Shown here: piece after piece, positions 13,470 through 23,575 of the stretch | Layout: every line of letters starts with the position of its first letter | Position numbering within the stretch: the first letter of the stretch is position 1 | Origin: Veleropilina oligotropha | Lineage: Eukaryota | Direction of reading: 5' to 3' | Length of the DNA: 31,848 nt | Assembly (NCBI GenBank): GCA_048128005.1 | Contig: JBEUKZ010000057.1 | Coordinates: 62,001-93,848, forward strand | Position numbers and translations under genes: made by a program | Notes under the pieces: generated by a model | What the model was told of the DNA's origin: nothing | Database searches by the model: none | The model's input: only the letters and a program-made list of their open reading frames with translations

Positions 13470-13810
13470 CTGATTTTCTCGAAAACTACTGAACCAATTA
13501 CCCTGAAAATTGGCATACGCATTCCCAAGGTAATTTGTAGGTCGTGTATATAAGTTTCATTACAAAATTTCTTAAAATATCGTTTTTATAGGCATTTTTA
13601 TGCATAATTGCCATGGTAACTTGGCCTAAGCCAAGTTATGACGTCTATGACGTCATTTTAGTGTGACTATATTTTCTGTCAGAAAATCATGAGTTGGAAG
13701 TAAATACATCGTATGAATATGTTAGAAGAACCTTTAACGTACACTAATATACAACAGACGGTCCATGCAGACAAAGGTCAAGACATAATCCGAACGCGTC
13801 GTTCTTGTTT
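13295..13810 (+). mobile_element. Helentron-like element, diverged family A subfamily, inserted in a T-run
   Basis: Same termini plus a (TATATACT)n microsatellite. The empty site CAGTATTTTTTAATATAG at 8641-8658 shows insertion into a T-run with no distinct TSD. Confidence 0.8.
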
Positions 13811-13913
13811 AATATAGTACATGGCTCACTGGCAGTTTATATGTGGCACAGCTTTGCAGAAGATATAAAATATTATTAATTTATACAACAATTATTTATG
13901 ATTCTAGAAAATG

Positions 13914-14108
13914 AGCAGCAGGGGGGGTGATTGGACTTTTTAGAATGGAAAAATAAGGCTCCCAGCGCCTGTTCAGAACTGAGCTGGTTGTACTGGGGGG
14001 ACTAGGGAGTTAGGGTGGGGTCCGGGGGCCCGGGGGTGGGGGCTCCCAGCCCCATTTCAGACCCGAGGGTAGGGATTGTATTACAAAAAGTCACCGTGTG
14101 TACACAGC
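13914..14108 (+). repeat. Left terminal inverted repeat (~195 bp)
   Basis: Aligns with the revcomp of 29831-30026. First 43 bp identical; about 17 differences overall by hand count. Confidence 0.95.
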
Positions 14109-14409
14109 GCTGTCTGAACTAGGGTAGCTTAGAATAGTAAATTAAATTAAAACACTTACCTGTGGACATTTCGGCCGAAACTCATATCACTAATCCCCCT
14201 CCAGCAGGCCCCGTAATCTATAGATATCCTCCAGGAAGGCTCCCAGCACTGCAGCCAAGTCGTCAAAACAGATTAGTTTCAAGCCGATACATTGGTCGTC
14301 AGCCATTTCGGCTTGTGAAGCCTCGTCAGAGTATCTGGTAGATACTGATGGCCCCGACTGACCAAGTTATGGTGGTGTGTCGGGTGCCTGGTTATGTTGT
14401 TACGTTTGT

Positions 14410-14697
14410 CTATTCGTCGTCCTTCAGTAGGTTTTGCAGCCTGCGTACATCTGCGGCTGCTGCATCATGGGCAATTTCAAGCTCACGGAGTTTTTCGAGC
14501 ATCTTTTTCATTCTCCACTTGGATATTTTCATATTTTGGTATCATTTGTCCCTACGATTTTTGGTTCGGGTCAGTTCCAGTCTTGTTGCATTTTTCGATA
14601 CCTGATTATCGGCGGCCTCTTCGTGAAGAAAGTTCGCTACAAAACCACGTGGTCGAACCATTCTCAAACTAAGTAGGTCTGTTGAAATGCTATCCAT
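14410..14697 (-). pseudogene. Small basic coiled-coil protein (95 codons) with one in-frame TGA
   Basis: Hand translation: MDSISTDLLSLRMVRPRGF...TRTKNRRDK*YQNMKISKWRMKKMLEKLRELEIAHDAAAADVRRLQNLLKDDE. TGA at 14542-14544; TATATAAG ~30 bp upstream. Absent from the ORF track. Confidence 0.5.
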
Positions 14698-15423
14698 CTG
14701 TATGTGGCTCGAGACGTTATGCTGAGCTTATATAGTTTCTCTTGTGCGTTCTACAGCCTTCTAGATCAGTTTATTGCCACATCCCCTATATATAACTTCT
14801 GACGATCTCTGTTCATTCTAGAAGCTTTACATAGAATTTCCACGTACTCGTTCCCCATATATAACTTCTTGACGATCTCTGATCATTCTAGAATCTGTAT
14901 TGCCACGTGACAATGACTTAGCTCAAAAGCTGTCATGTCAGCCAAAAAGCTGTAACGAATTTTTTTTCTGGTAACTGAATCTTGTGAAATCAAAACATTG
15001 GTTACCGATTTCTCGCTGCCCATGCAAATCTGGAGCGAATCTCTGTTTATCTGTGCCACGAGAAATGCGTTTCACAAAATCGATTTTTAACGGGGTCAGC
15101 CTAGCTGCTTGTGAGCGAGAGTAACAATGGAACAATAGGCGCGACGAGATATTTGTAAAGACATGGCATAGCCAGATATTTCTAAAGGCGAAGCGCTTCA
15201 TTCATACCTCTGAGAAACCCATTAGGCTATAGGCGTCTATTGTTTCATGGTTTCAAGTAATTGCGGGCAGGGGGAATCCCCGAGATACGCGAAGCGAAAC
15301 GCTATGAATATGCTGTACTGGATAGTCAACAATAGACAGCCGGCCGGCTATATATTTATATATAACAGCTGCTTGGGAATACTGAAAATATAGTTTAAGG
15401 CAAGAGAATTCCCAAGCAGCTGT

Positions 15424-15846
15424 TTATATAAATATATAGTTGCCCGATGTTAAAGTGCAATTACAGGGTGAGTGATGTCCGATTTTTCTCCACACACCGA
15501 AGCAGCCAGACAGCATGGTGTAATACTCCCCATTTTTGCCAGGACATAGGGAGGGGGTCGAACACTGGACACATGTGACAGTATCTGGGGGTGTGGCAGG
15601 GCGACAGTCATTCTCTCCGATAACATAGTAGTGACACGATGGTGGGGATACCTCAGCGGGGGGATCTCCCAGGCGTAGTAACAGGTTTCTTCGCAAGGGG
15701 TCAAATCGGGCGTTATACCTGGGATGATTTCGGTACCTAGCCCACGTATGTTCGAGAATTAATGCAGTGTCGTGTCTCGACGCCTGGGTAGAGACACCCC
15801 CTAGCCAGCACACCGCGGCAATGCACAGAAGTAGCATGGATTTCAT
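15424..15846 (-). CDS. Secreted cysteine-rich protein (possible cystine-knot cytokine/growth-factor-like)
   Basis: N-terminal signal peptide MKSMLLLCIAAVCWLGGVSTQA, dibasic RR site, and 8 Cys in the C-terminal half ending in CxC. Confidence 0.7.
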   Translation of the reverse strand: MKSMLLLCIAAVCWLGGVSTQASRHDTALILEHTWARYRNHPRYNARFDPLRRNLLLRLGDPPAEVSPPSCHYYVIGENDCRPATPPDTVTCVQCSTPSLCPGKNGEYYTMLSGCFGVWRKIGHHSPCNCTLTSGNYIFI

Positions 15847-15928
15847 GGTTGTCCAGATATCACTGTCGATTTCTAGCTTTAATACGGGGGAGGAGGGGGG
15901 TAGTCGTGGCTACGCTCAACCTGGATAG

Positions 15929-16573
15929 TTAGTCGCCAGCTCCGATTTTTTTCAGCAGCTCTGCGCGACCCTCTAAACGACCACGCTCAATAAGCTCGCT
16001 CTGGGTCTGTGAAATCGCGGTGTGCGCCTTCCTACTCTTATCCCGAATTGATGCCTTCATGGCTTGGTATTTATCCATCTCCCCTGTGACCAGTTGGAAT
16101 TCATCATTAGACATCACCCCGTCCGCTAAGGCCTTTGAGACGTGGTCGGTTATGGTATTCAGCTTGCTGTCGGCCAGTACTCTGATCTCGTCGTGCTTCC
16201 GAGCTTTCACCTGAAGGCGTCGACTAATGTACTTTCCACCCATGCTAGCGAGCCCACACCCCAACGCCGCTAATTCCAGCACTAGGACAACAGGTGCGGC
16301 AACGATCGTGGACAACAGTCCGATGCCGGCGCTACCCATACCAAGGGTGGCGACGACTAGCCCGTTATCGATCCCGTCAACGACATTAACGCCTCTGCGG
16401 TACTTCTTGTACAATGCAGCTCGAGCATGCCGTTCTCGTTCTAACTGCCCCTGGAGCTCATTCACTTTCTGTAGTCGGAAAGACTGTGCCTCCGGCAGTT
16501 CCGAAGGCACATCGCCACCAAGCTGTGGGTACAGCCGAGCGTTGGCGCTGAGGGCTTGCTGTCCATCATACAT
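15929..16573 (-). CDS. Coiled-coil / hydrophobic hairpin / coiled-coil membrane protein of Polinton-like viruses
   Basis: 214 aa with LYPQL and FRLQKV motifs and a ~45-aa Gly/Ala-rich hydrophobic segment flanked by heptad regions. Co-oriented with the penton gene. Confidence 0.8.
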   Translation of the reverse strand: MYDGQQALSANARLYPQLGGDVPSELPEAQSFRLQKVNELQGQLERERHARAALYKKYRRGVNVVDGIDNGLVVATLGMGSAGIGLLSTIVAAPVVLVLELAALGCGLASMGGKYISRRLQVKARKHDEIRVLADSKLNTITDHVSKALADGVMSNDEFQLVTGEMDKYQAMKASIRDKSRKAHTAISQTQSELIERGRLEGRAELLKKIGAGD

Positions 16574-16925
16574 GGCTGTATTGTTCAGCCTGTTGATTCC
16601 GAATGTCTACCGTTACGGAAACGTTCAAATAAAGTGTGCCAACCCACGGGGCCTTGAGGACGAAGGCGAGGGTCAGCCTGTCCGAATTCAGGCCAAGCGT
16701 ACTTATGGAACATGCTTTGGGTCCCCCGGCGGGCTGGACCGGCGTCATGTGGATCATTAGGAGGGCTGGGTTCAACCCAAACCGGCCTCCATTATTAGGA
16801 AGAAGGAACTCCCTCTTCGCCAGTCCCTTCTTCTTGGGTGCTTCCCCACAATTAAGAACAAAGTGCCACCGGGTCGGGGAAGAGGGCTCATCTGCCCGCA
16901 GGGCCCCATAGATGCTGCTGCTCAT
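16566..16925 (-). CDS. Hypothetical viral protein (119 aa)
   Basis: Its ATG overlaps the penton stop (TAATG) and its stop overlaps the next gene start (ATGTATGA), so it fills the gap exactly. Confidence 0.65.
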   Translation of the reverse strand: MSSSIYGALRADEPSSPTRWHFVLNCGEAPKKKGLAKREFLLPNNGGRFGLNPALLMIHMTPVQPAGGPKACSISTLGLNSDRLTLAFVLKAPWVGTLYLNVSVTVDIRNQQAEQYSHV

Positions 16926-17665
16926 TATATCGCAAGGACTGCGGTAATGGGCATGCCGTGATTGTCGATCGGGTTACCATCTGCGTCTGTTATGTACACC
17001 TTCAACTCCGTGATCATCCCGGCTTGTAGTCGCCAGCCGGCGGGATAGCTATGATAGTGGCCAGCCTCGCCGAATATCTGCGACGTTATAGGGACCACCG
17101 CGAGAATATTGCTCGGGGCGCCGTCCTTCACATTGTGTGTCGTACTGAGCTGCTCCAGGTGGACGTGCAGGGTCGGCGCTATGGCAAACCCGACAGGCTT
17201 ATTCCCGTCATAAGTCCCAGGGCGTAGCCACTCGGATCTCTCCGGAGGGGGAGGTGGATGGCCCTGTACTCCGGTGCGAAGGGGAGGGTTCAGATTCCCC
17301 GATTTATCGAGAATGAACGACGACAGGGGTAAGCCTAGGAGTTTCCTGATATCGTTGCTTATCGCTAGTCGGGTCCCCTCTGGGACTACGACTCGGGCGA
17401 GCCCTGTAGCATGGCTTACAGCTAGCTGTATGTTCTTTAGCGACCTCTTCATCGTCTTGGCGAGGTCATCAAAGCTGTAGAAACCTGGTGCCACCTCTAC
17501 CGTGGTATCGGGGGTCTTAAAGAAGGCTCCGGCGTGGACGTTGTGCCAGCCGACCCAATAGTCGAGCGACTGCAAGCTGACACATAGCTTGCCGTCCCGG
17601 TTATCAATCGGCTCCAGGAGGGCAACCGCGGTCCCATCTTGAACACTCGTTAATGTATGGAACAT
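16925..17665 (-). CDS. Minor capsid protein (penton, single jelly-roll)
   Basis: Polinton-penton-like motifs: NV...VAPGFYSFDDL, LHVHL...NVKDGAPSNILAVVP, and ITELKVYITDADGNPIDNHGMPITAVL at the C-terminus. Confidence 0.85.
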   Translation of the reverse strand: MFHTLTSVQDGTAVALLEPIDNRDGKLCVSLQSLDYWVGWHNVHAGAFFKTPDTTVEVAPGFYSFDDLAKTMKRSLKNIQLAVSHATGLARVVVPEGTRLAISNDIRKLLGLPLSSFILDKSGNLNPPLRTGVQGHPPPPPERSEWLRPGTYDGNKPVGFAIAPTLHVHLEQLSTTHNVKDGAPSNILAVVPITSQIFGEAGHYHSYPAGWRLQAGMITELKVYITDADGNPIDNHGMPITAVLAI

Positions 17666-17672
17666 AGTAGCT

Positions 17673-18956
17673 ATGGCTAAGAGCGCCTTTGCGTTTAATA
17701 GGAGTGCGGCCTATACGAGCGGTGTGGTGTACCAAGCACAGATCAAAGATGAGCAGCTTACGAGACCAAGCATAAATGTGGGTAATAGCTCAACCACTGC
17801 ATTCGGGGCAGACTACACCGACGTATTTCAAAAGTATCGCCTCCCTCACGTCGCGAGTGACCGACTGATAAGGGATTGGCAGACCACACAGATGCGATTT
17901 TGGCAGAACAAGGTCAATTTCGCCGTCTGGTGTGCCACAACAGGTTCCGGGATCTCCTCAGAGGACCACTTGAATGCGACAGACCCCCTCTCCAGAGCCG
18001 TATTCACCTTCCACGTATACTATCTGGTCAGAAGGATCTTGACCGAGATTCAGGCCCCGCTGCCTCAAGACGTGACGTGGGATGCATTCGACACCCCGTA
18101 TGACCGAAGGGCATATGAACAGATCTGCAGCGAATTCGGAGTGTCCCCACATACCGACTGGCATGTCAAGGGTCCCAACGGCGGACTAGGCACCGCTTAC
18201 AGCTACTGGACGAACAACGGCTACCACCCCATCGGACGTGAGTATGATCCAAGCCGAATGTCCTTCACCAAAGGTACGACCAACACGAATCTGCACGTGG
18301 ACTACATCGCGCAAGCGCCTGCGCTTTCAAACGGCTGGGCTTCCTTTATTCTGGACAAGTCGGCGGGGTTTACCCGGGCCGGCGTGGAGAGGCTCAATGA
18401 CTCCATCAGGACCTACGTCTGGGCGATTCTTGGAGCGCAGGCGCAGACACGTGCAAGTATTCTGGGGAGTGGGACGGCATTTGACGCACAGAAACAGTTT
18501 CTGTCCGACTTCGAAGACGCCATCGCATCGCCAGTGGACCTCCCATCAGCCATCAAACGGTACTAGGACGCTTTGCAGTATGCCAGGTCCAAGGTCGACT
18601 TCGTATTCGGCGTCGGCCTGTACATGGCGCCAAGTAACATGCTTCTACGGATCGGGCAGGTGGCTGGTTATAACAACGAGATCGTCGTCGCCACGGAAGA
18701 CCAGACCCTAGGTCTTAATATGACTGTCAATGCGGCCAGTGTGCCGCCCAACGCCGCTGGGGAGACTGGAGAAACAGGATTGGTTATTCCACAAGACGCA
18801 GATGCAAGCATACCGGTAGTCACTCTGAAGCATCCAAACGCTGAGCTGGCTGTAGCTGTTCCAGCGGTAGCTGTGGCACATGACGAGGAGAAAACCGCAC
18901 TTATCGTGGGCGGCATTGTCGTTGGCCTAGCGTTCATCTGGCTTACGCTTACGTGA
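17673..18956 (+). pseudogene. Hypothetical viral protein (~427 aa) with C-terminal transmembrane anchor; one premature TAG
   Basis: ORFs 17673-18566 and 18573-18956 share a frame and read through KRY*DALQYARS. TAG at 18564-18566. C-terminal TALIVGGIVVGLAFIWL. Confidence 0.75.
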
Positions 18957-20103
18957 CCCACTTCCCCGCTAGTTTGCCTAGAATCCGACCCAGGGTCCGC
19001 AGCTGCTTTTTTACCCACTCCTTGACCCCCCCCTGACCACTGGGAGGTGATGGTGGTTGTGGTATGCTCGGCACTCCACCGGTTAGTGCTAGTACCAGAG
19101 TCGAGATGGCGAGCCCGATAGCGGTGAGTATTGTTGCGATCGTAACCCCCTGCTCGCGAAATAGGGTCCGGATACGCTCCGCCAGCGTTGTGTCGGAGTG
19201 GAGAATCCGATTGAGCATCTCTCGGATCCGGCTGATTTGAGAGCGTAGGGCCTCCCGGCTGGATCCGGCTGCCTCGAGGCGGGCTGCTCGTTCATCGTTT
19301 AAGTTGCGCAGACGTTCTGCAATCCGTCGACGTACAAAATCTTCCACACCGCCCTCTTCATCTGCCTGATCGAGCTTGCTCTTCTCCAGCTCTATGTGTT
19401 CGTCCAGCGCCGTTAGTTTGGCTAAGTTGTTAGTGAGCTCGCCTCGAATGGTCTGCATCGCCTTGTCCAGCCCACGAAGCTCACGAAGATTGAATGGAGG
19501 GGGGTCCCCCTCCACCGAGTTCAAGAACTCTTCAACTTCAGCGTCGGTGAACTCCGTCTCCATGTTGTGGATCGCTGCTGAGGCCGTTGTCGCGGTCTGC
19601 CCCAAGTCCTGCAGTTCTACGTTTTCGACATTGGCCGCCGCACCGCTCAACTCATTGTTGGCTGTCTGCAGAGCTGCAACCGCTTTTGAGGAGAGCTTTT
19701 GTCCCCCTTTCCCCCGCTACTCTGGCCGCGTCCAGTGTTCAAAACCCAACCCCTTTCTGATCGCTTTACCCCCACCTCTCCGGTTAGCTAGTGTTGACAA
19801 AGCATTGGGTTTTTTCGTTCTAGAATTGATGAGATCGATGTTTGGATATTTCTTCAGCCGCAATCCCTCCTCCTCCACGTACTCGAACTGGGAATAATCA
19901 CGCCACGGGGGCGGGGTCTGCCCCTCCTCCAACAGGGCTTCGTAGTAGCCATCAACCACGTCCTTCACTAACTCTTGCCGCTGACTGCTGGTTCCTTCCT
20001 GTGGCCGTTCCGAAAGAACAGGCTCAATCCAGTCCGTGGATCCAACCTCACCATCATCGTCGACGATGTCGGGCTCGAATGTGGGGTTCTCAAATTCCGC
20101 CAT
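18949..20103 (-). pseudogene. Long coiled-coil membrane protein (~384 aa); one premature TAG
   Basis: Starts MAEFENPTFEP at 20103. TAG at 19717-19719 is in frame with ORF 18949-19650. Long heptad region, TM segment VTIATILTAIGLAISTLVLAL, Pro-rich linker and amphipathic basic tail. Confidence 0.72.
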
Positions 20104-20154
20104 TTGAATACTCAAGCTGGGATACGCATCTAAATCAGCCATAGCGACAACAAC

Positions 20155-21457
20155 ATGGCCAGCACGTATGGACGCACGTTGAATCCATACCGCAGACTTC
20201 GAGAGCCTCTTGGGGTGAAAGGGGTCCGCCAGTCGGTCACGATAACGAACAACCCATCCACTATTGCTGCGAACCAGCAGCTGTTGGTTCGGTTCCCGAA
20301 TCTCGGGACTCACGACGTAATCGTGCCAGGGACTGCCCACCTCGCATTTACCATTTCTCTGACCTCGGCTAACCCGAACAGAACTGTAGTTCAGAATATC
20401 GGACGCGCCGTGATCAAAAAGACCACGATTAAGATTAGTGGGAGCGAAGTCATGTCTATAGATGACTCCGACGTGTACCACTGCTACTGCGATCTCTGGA
20501 AGACCGCAGGGGAGCGCAAGAATGCCCAATATCAGGGTATTGATACCAGCGACAGCCACAACACTACGAAGAACCGTGTCGGCGCTGAGGGCGCATTCAG
20601 ACGTTCTGAGGACACAGCTATATCGGACGCGTACGGCCCAAGGTTTCGCATCCCGCTGGACTTCGAGTTGCTGGAGAGCCACATGCCGTTCTACCAAAGT
20701 GCGTTGGGGGACCGTCTTGAGTACGAGCTTACGTTCAACGACTACTCCCGGACAATCAGGGACACCGATGACCCCAGCTCCAGCTACGTCATCGACAATA
20801 TCAGCCTGGAATACGACATGGTCACTAATCTTGAGCTTGCCAGATCGATAAAAACCAATACTCGGGCTGCCTCGTGATCCTGTACGATCGTGTCCTGCGG
20901 CATCGTAAGATCACGAGAGACAAAAGTGACACTTTGTGGATTTAAATTTGAATATACCGGCGAAATCCATGAAGGGTATCCTATTTCTGTTCGAGGATCC
21001 CGCGAGAGATGCCGTACCATTCGCGAGGGACACCGAGGCCTTCTACAATCCGAAGATCACAAAGGTCGAGGTCACTATTGAGGGTGTGCCGAATCAACTG
21101 TACAGCCAGGGCATGCGTTCCTACCAGATGTGGGACGAAGCCAGGAGATTCTTCGCCTCCTCTCCGATCAGCAAACGCCATCCTGAGGTCGCGATGGTTG
21201 CCAAGGACTTGGCGCTGGCGGACGTCACCCTGGGCGAGTTTCTGACGAAAAAGTTCGCACTCTGGATCGACCTGCGCGTAACCGACGACGACGAGCTGCA
21301 TGGGTCAGGCCGGAAAGTAGATAACGCCAGCGAGGGCATTACGATTCAGATCACGAAGACAGGCGAAGCCGCCGGCCCGTTGAACGTCTACATGTTCGTG
21401 ATAATGGACGCGCAGCTGCATATTGAAAATGGCCGATTTGTCACCGCGCTGTACTAG
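20155..21457 (+). CDS. Major capsid protein (double jelly-roll), two 1-bp frameshifts
   Basis: Beta-rich protein of ~434 codons directly upstream of the packaging ATPase. Continuous (ARSIKNQYSG.LVILYDRVLRHRKITRDKSDTLWNLNLNIPAKSMKG) if one A is restored at ~20852 and one at ~20940. Confidence 0.8.
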
Positions 21458-22063
21458 TAGACGGTTCCCCCACCCCAAGGACCCCCACTCCGCGATCATC
21501 TGCGGCCAGACCGGCTGCGGGAAGACCTTGTTTATACTTGAACTTCTGGAGGGGGAGTACTTAGGAGTGTTCAAGCACATCGTCATTCTATGCCCAACGA
21601 TCAAGTTCAATCAGGCATACCAGTCATGCCCATGGATCTGGACCGACCCTGAGGTGTACTTGATCCCCCCCGGTGAGCGGCTCCATGATTGGTTGCGGGA
21701 GTTCTACCGACTGTTCCAGGGAGAATCAACCCTATACATCATCGATGACTGCACCGCCAGCAAGGCCCTAGCCAAGAGGAGGGATATGCTGACTGAGCTG
21801 GCTTTTAGCGGGAGGCACGCCGCTCAGAGTGTGTGGGTGGTGACGCAGAAGTACAACTCGATCCTGAAGGAGTTTCGGAGCAGACCCGCTTTGTCGTTTT
21901 GTTTCACTGCAAGGACCGCGACAGTTATGAAGACTGCCTTCGCGAGAACGATGTCATTCAGTCACAGGATGAACGGACCGCGGTGCGCCGGCTGTTGGCC
22001 GAGACCCGACACGCTAAGCTTCTGTTGAAAACTGATCAGCCCGTTGCTTATGGTGTGCTTTAG
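21429..22063 (+). CDS. A32-like / FtsK-HerA DNA packaging ATPase, one 1-bp frameshift
   Basis: Walker A GQTGCGKT, Walker B YIIDD, arginine finger SGRH, and VVTQ. A -1 shift at ~21878 restores EFREQTRFVVLF. Confidence 0.93.
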
Positions 22064-22104
22064 CAAGCTGTAGTCTACTGAGCATCTGCCCAGCAAGCTC
22101 TCGC

Positions 22105-22860
22105 ATGTCGGACGCTGTATATCTAGCTTTTGCTTGCAGCCAGAGCCTGGTATTGTTGCTACTCGTAATGTTGTGGTATTGGCATTATCGCTATATTAGA
22201 CTGGCGAGGAGATGTTGGAAACGCTTAAGGATGGACAGCCTTATCGATCAACTCATGGACGACGAGGAAGAAATGACCGTGGGCAGCCATGGCTCGACGA
22301 CCAAACGCTGCTCGCAGCACGAGGAACCTGTCAGTGGCTCCATAGGGATGGCAAAGAAACGGGAGAGGCTTGCCGCGTTAGCCATCGGAGGGGATGCCAG
22401 CAAATACTTGGGGAGAAACCTCACGGTTGACCGAATCGACGATATGACTGACGACGAGGTTGAGAAACACCACGCACGGTATGAAGCGAAGCTAGGTGCT
22501 GACATGACGAAGACCCTGGGGACTGCCGCTATACAGCTGTATGCGGGTGCAGCTGGGATGTTCTTGCCCATTCCGCCGGAGAACCAACCACGTCTGGTCG
22601 CTGACCTCGAGGCCGATCCTTTCATCGCCCATGCTCTCCGCGGTGCAACCTGTGAGCTGTATTATAAGTATGGCATGTGGCTAGCGCCGCTGACCGCCGT
22701 GTTGACCACTGCGAAGCACTGCCAATTTGGACATGTTTGCCCGCCTAAAATATCAGAGCGAGAGCGAGATCAAGATGACAACGCTGGAAGTGGACCAAAT
22801 TTCGGCACCGAGCCCGCCGATAGAGAGGGTGACTTCTTCGACAGACTCATCAGTGAGTAA
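22105..22860 (+). CDS. Hypothetical viral protein (251 aa; start could be ATG 22231)
   Basis: Long ORF in the co-oriented cluster; hydrophobic N-terminal segment followed by a helical domain. Confidence 0.7.
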   Translation: MSDAVYLAFACSQSLVLLLLVMLWYWHYRYIRLARRCWKRLRMDSLIDQLMDDEEEMTVGSHGSTTKRCSQHEEPVSGSIGMAKKRERLAALAIGGDASKYLGRNLTVDRIDDMTDDEVEKHHARYEAKLGADMTKTLGTAAIQLYAGAAGMFLPIPPENQPRLVADLEADPFIAHALRGATCELYYKYGMWLAPLTAVLTTAKHCQFGHVCPPKISERERDQDDNAGSGPNFGTEPADREGDFFDRLISE

Positions 22861-23290
22861 AAAGGACCCTAAGAAGGTCGCTGCGGGTCGGGCCGGTGCT
22901 GCTGCTCGGAAAGTCAAGCAGGAGAGGCTCCTTGCTGACGTTAGAAGACTCAAAGAAGACGCTCGACAAGTATCCGTCAGCGAAGTTCCTTCAGACCTAC
23001 CGGAGGCACAGCCCCAACAAAAACACAGTGGTAATACCCCGGCCGAGGTGACCGCGGTCGAAAAGTCAGCTACACGGAAATCAGACCCAAAATTTAATTG
23101 GACCCAGGTAGCCGTTGCTGCCGGTACGGTTGCGTTGGTATTTGTTGTCTGGAAGACGTCCTCAGAACGCAGCAACCCTGGTTCCTCCACACCACATCAA
23201 CAGCCACCAGTCGCGGACGCCAGGCAGCCCCCGCCCACCCCAACCACCACCGAATTGAAGACTAGGCACAACCCGTTCCATATGCGATAG
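22775..23290 (+). CDS. Low-complexity protein with basic KKDPKKVAAGRAG motif and one TM helix
   Basis: ATG at 22775 is in frame with ORF 22727-23290; TM segment WTQVAVAAGTVALVFVVW. Confidence 0.7.
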   Translation: MTTLEVDQISAPSPPIERVTSSTDSSVSKKDPKKVAAGRAGAAARKVKQERLLADVRRLKEDARQVSVSEVPSDLPEAQPQQKHSGNTPAEVTAVEKSATRKSDPKFNWTQVAVAAGTVALVFVVWKTSSERSNPGSSTPHQQPPVADARQPPPTPTTTELKTRHNPFHMR

Positions 23291-23304
23291 TCTCAGTACG
23301 AAAC

Positions 23305-23544
23305 ATGACTACCCCGATTACTGATGGAAAGATGCTCGGCAATGCTGTATATCACGCAGCTATAGTGTCAGGCCTTGCCATAGGCTACGCACGCCTGGGA
23401 AAAATGGCCTTCAAGGGAGCGAGCCCCAAACTTGACTTCACGGGTTACGACGTCGGGATGGTCGTCCTCGACGTAGCGCTCGCCATGGCGACGAAGGACA
23501 TGCTGATCAAGCAAGGCATCATTCCGGCCGACGTTTTGAAGTAG
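23305..23544 (+). CDS. Small hydrophobic protein (79 aa)
   Basis: AAACATG start context, two hydrophobic segments, tightly packed in the cluster. Confidence 0.72.
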   Translation: MTTPITDGKMLGNAVYHAAIVSGLAIGYARLGKMAFKGASPKLDFTGYDVGMVVLDVALAMATKDMLIKQGIIPADVLK

Positions 23545-23575
23545 TGGGACCTTGCTAGATAATCGCAGCATTTCA

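Noticed and set aside
14154..14306. 38-aa minus-strand ORF and a perfect outward-facing CAG|GTAAGT splice donor near the left TIR
   Set aside because: The ORF stops before the donor and no acceptor can be assigned; insufficient support.
14348..14676. Three short plus-strand ORFs
   Set aside because: Better explained as shadows of the minus-strand coiled-coil gene at 14410-14697.
20104..20697. N-terminal part of minus ORF 19717-20697
   Set aside because: Antisense to the MCP; only the part from ATG 20103 looks like a real protein.
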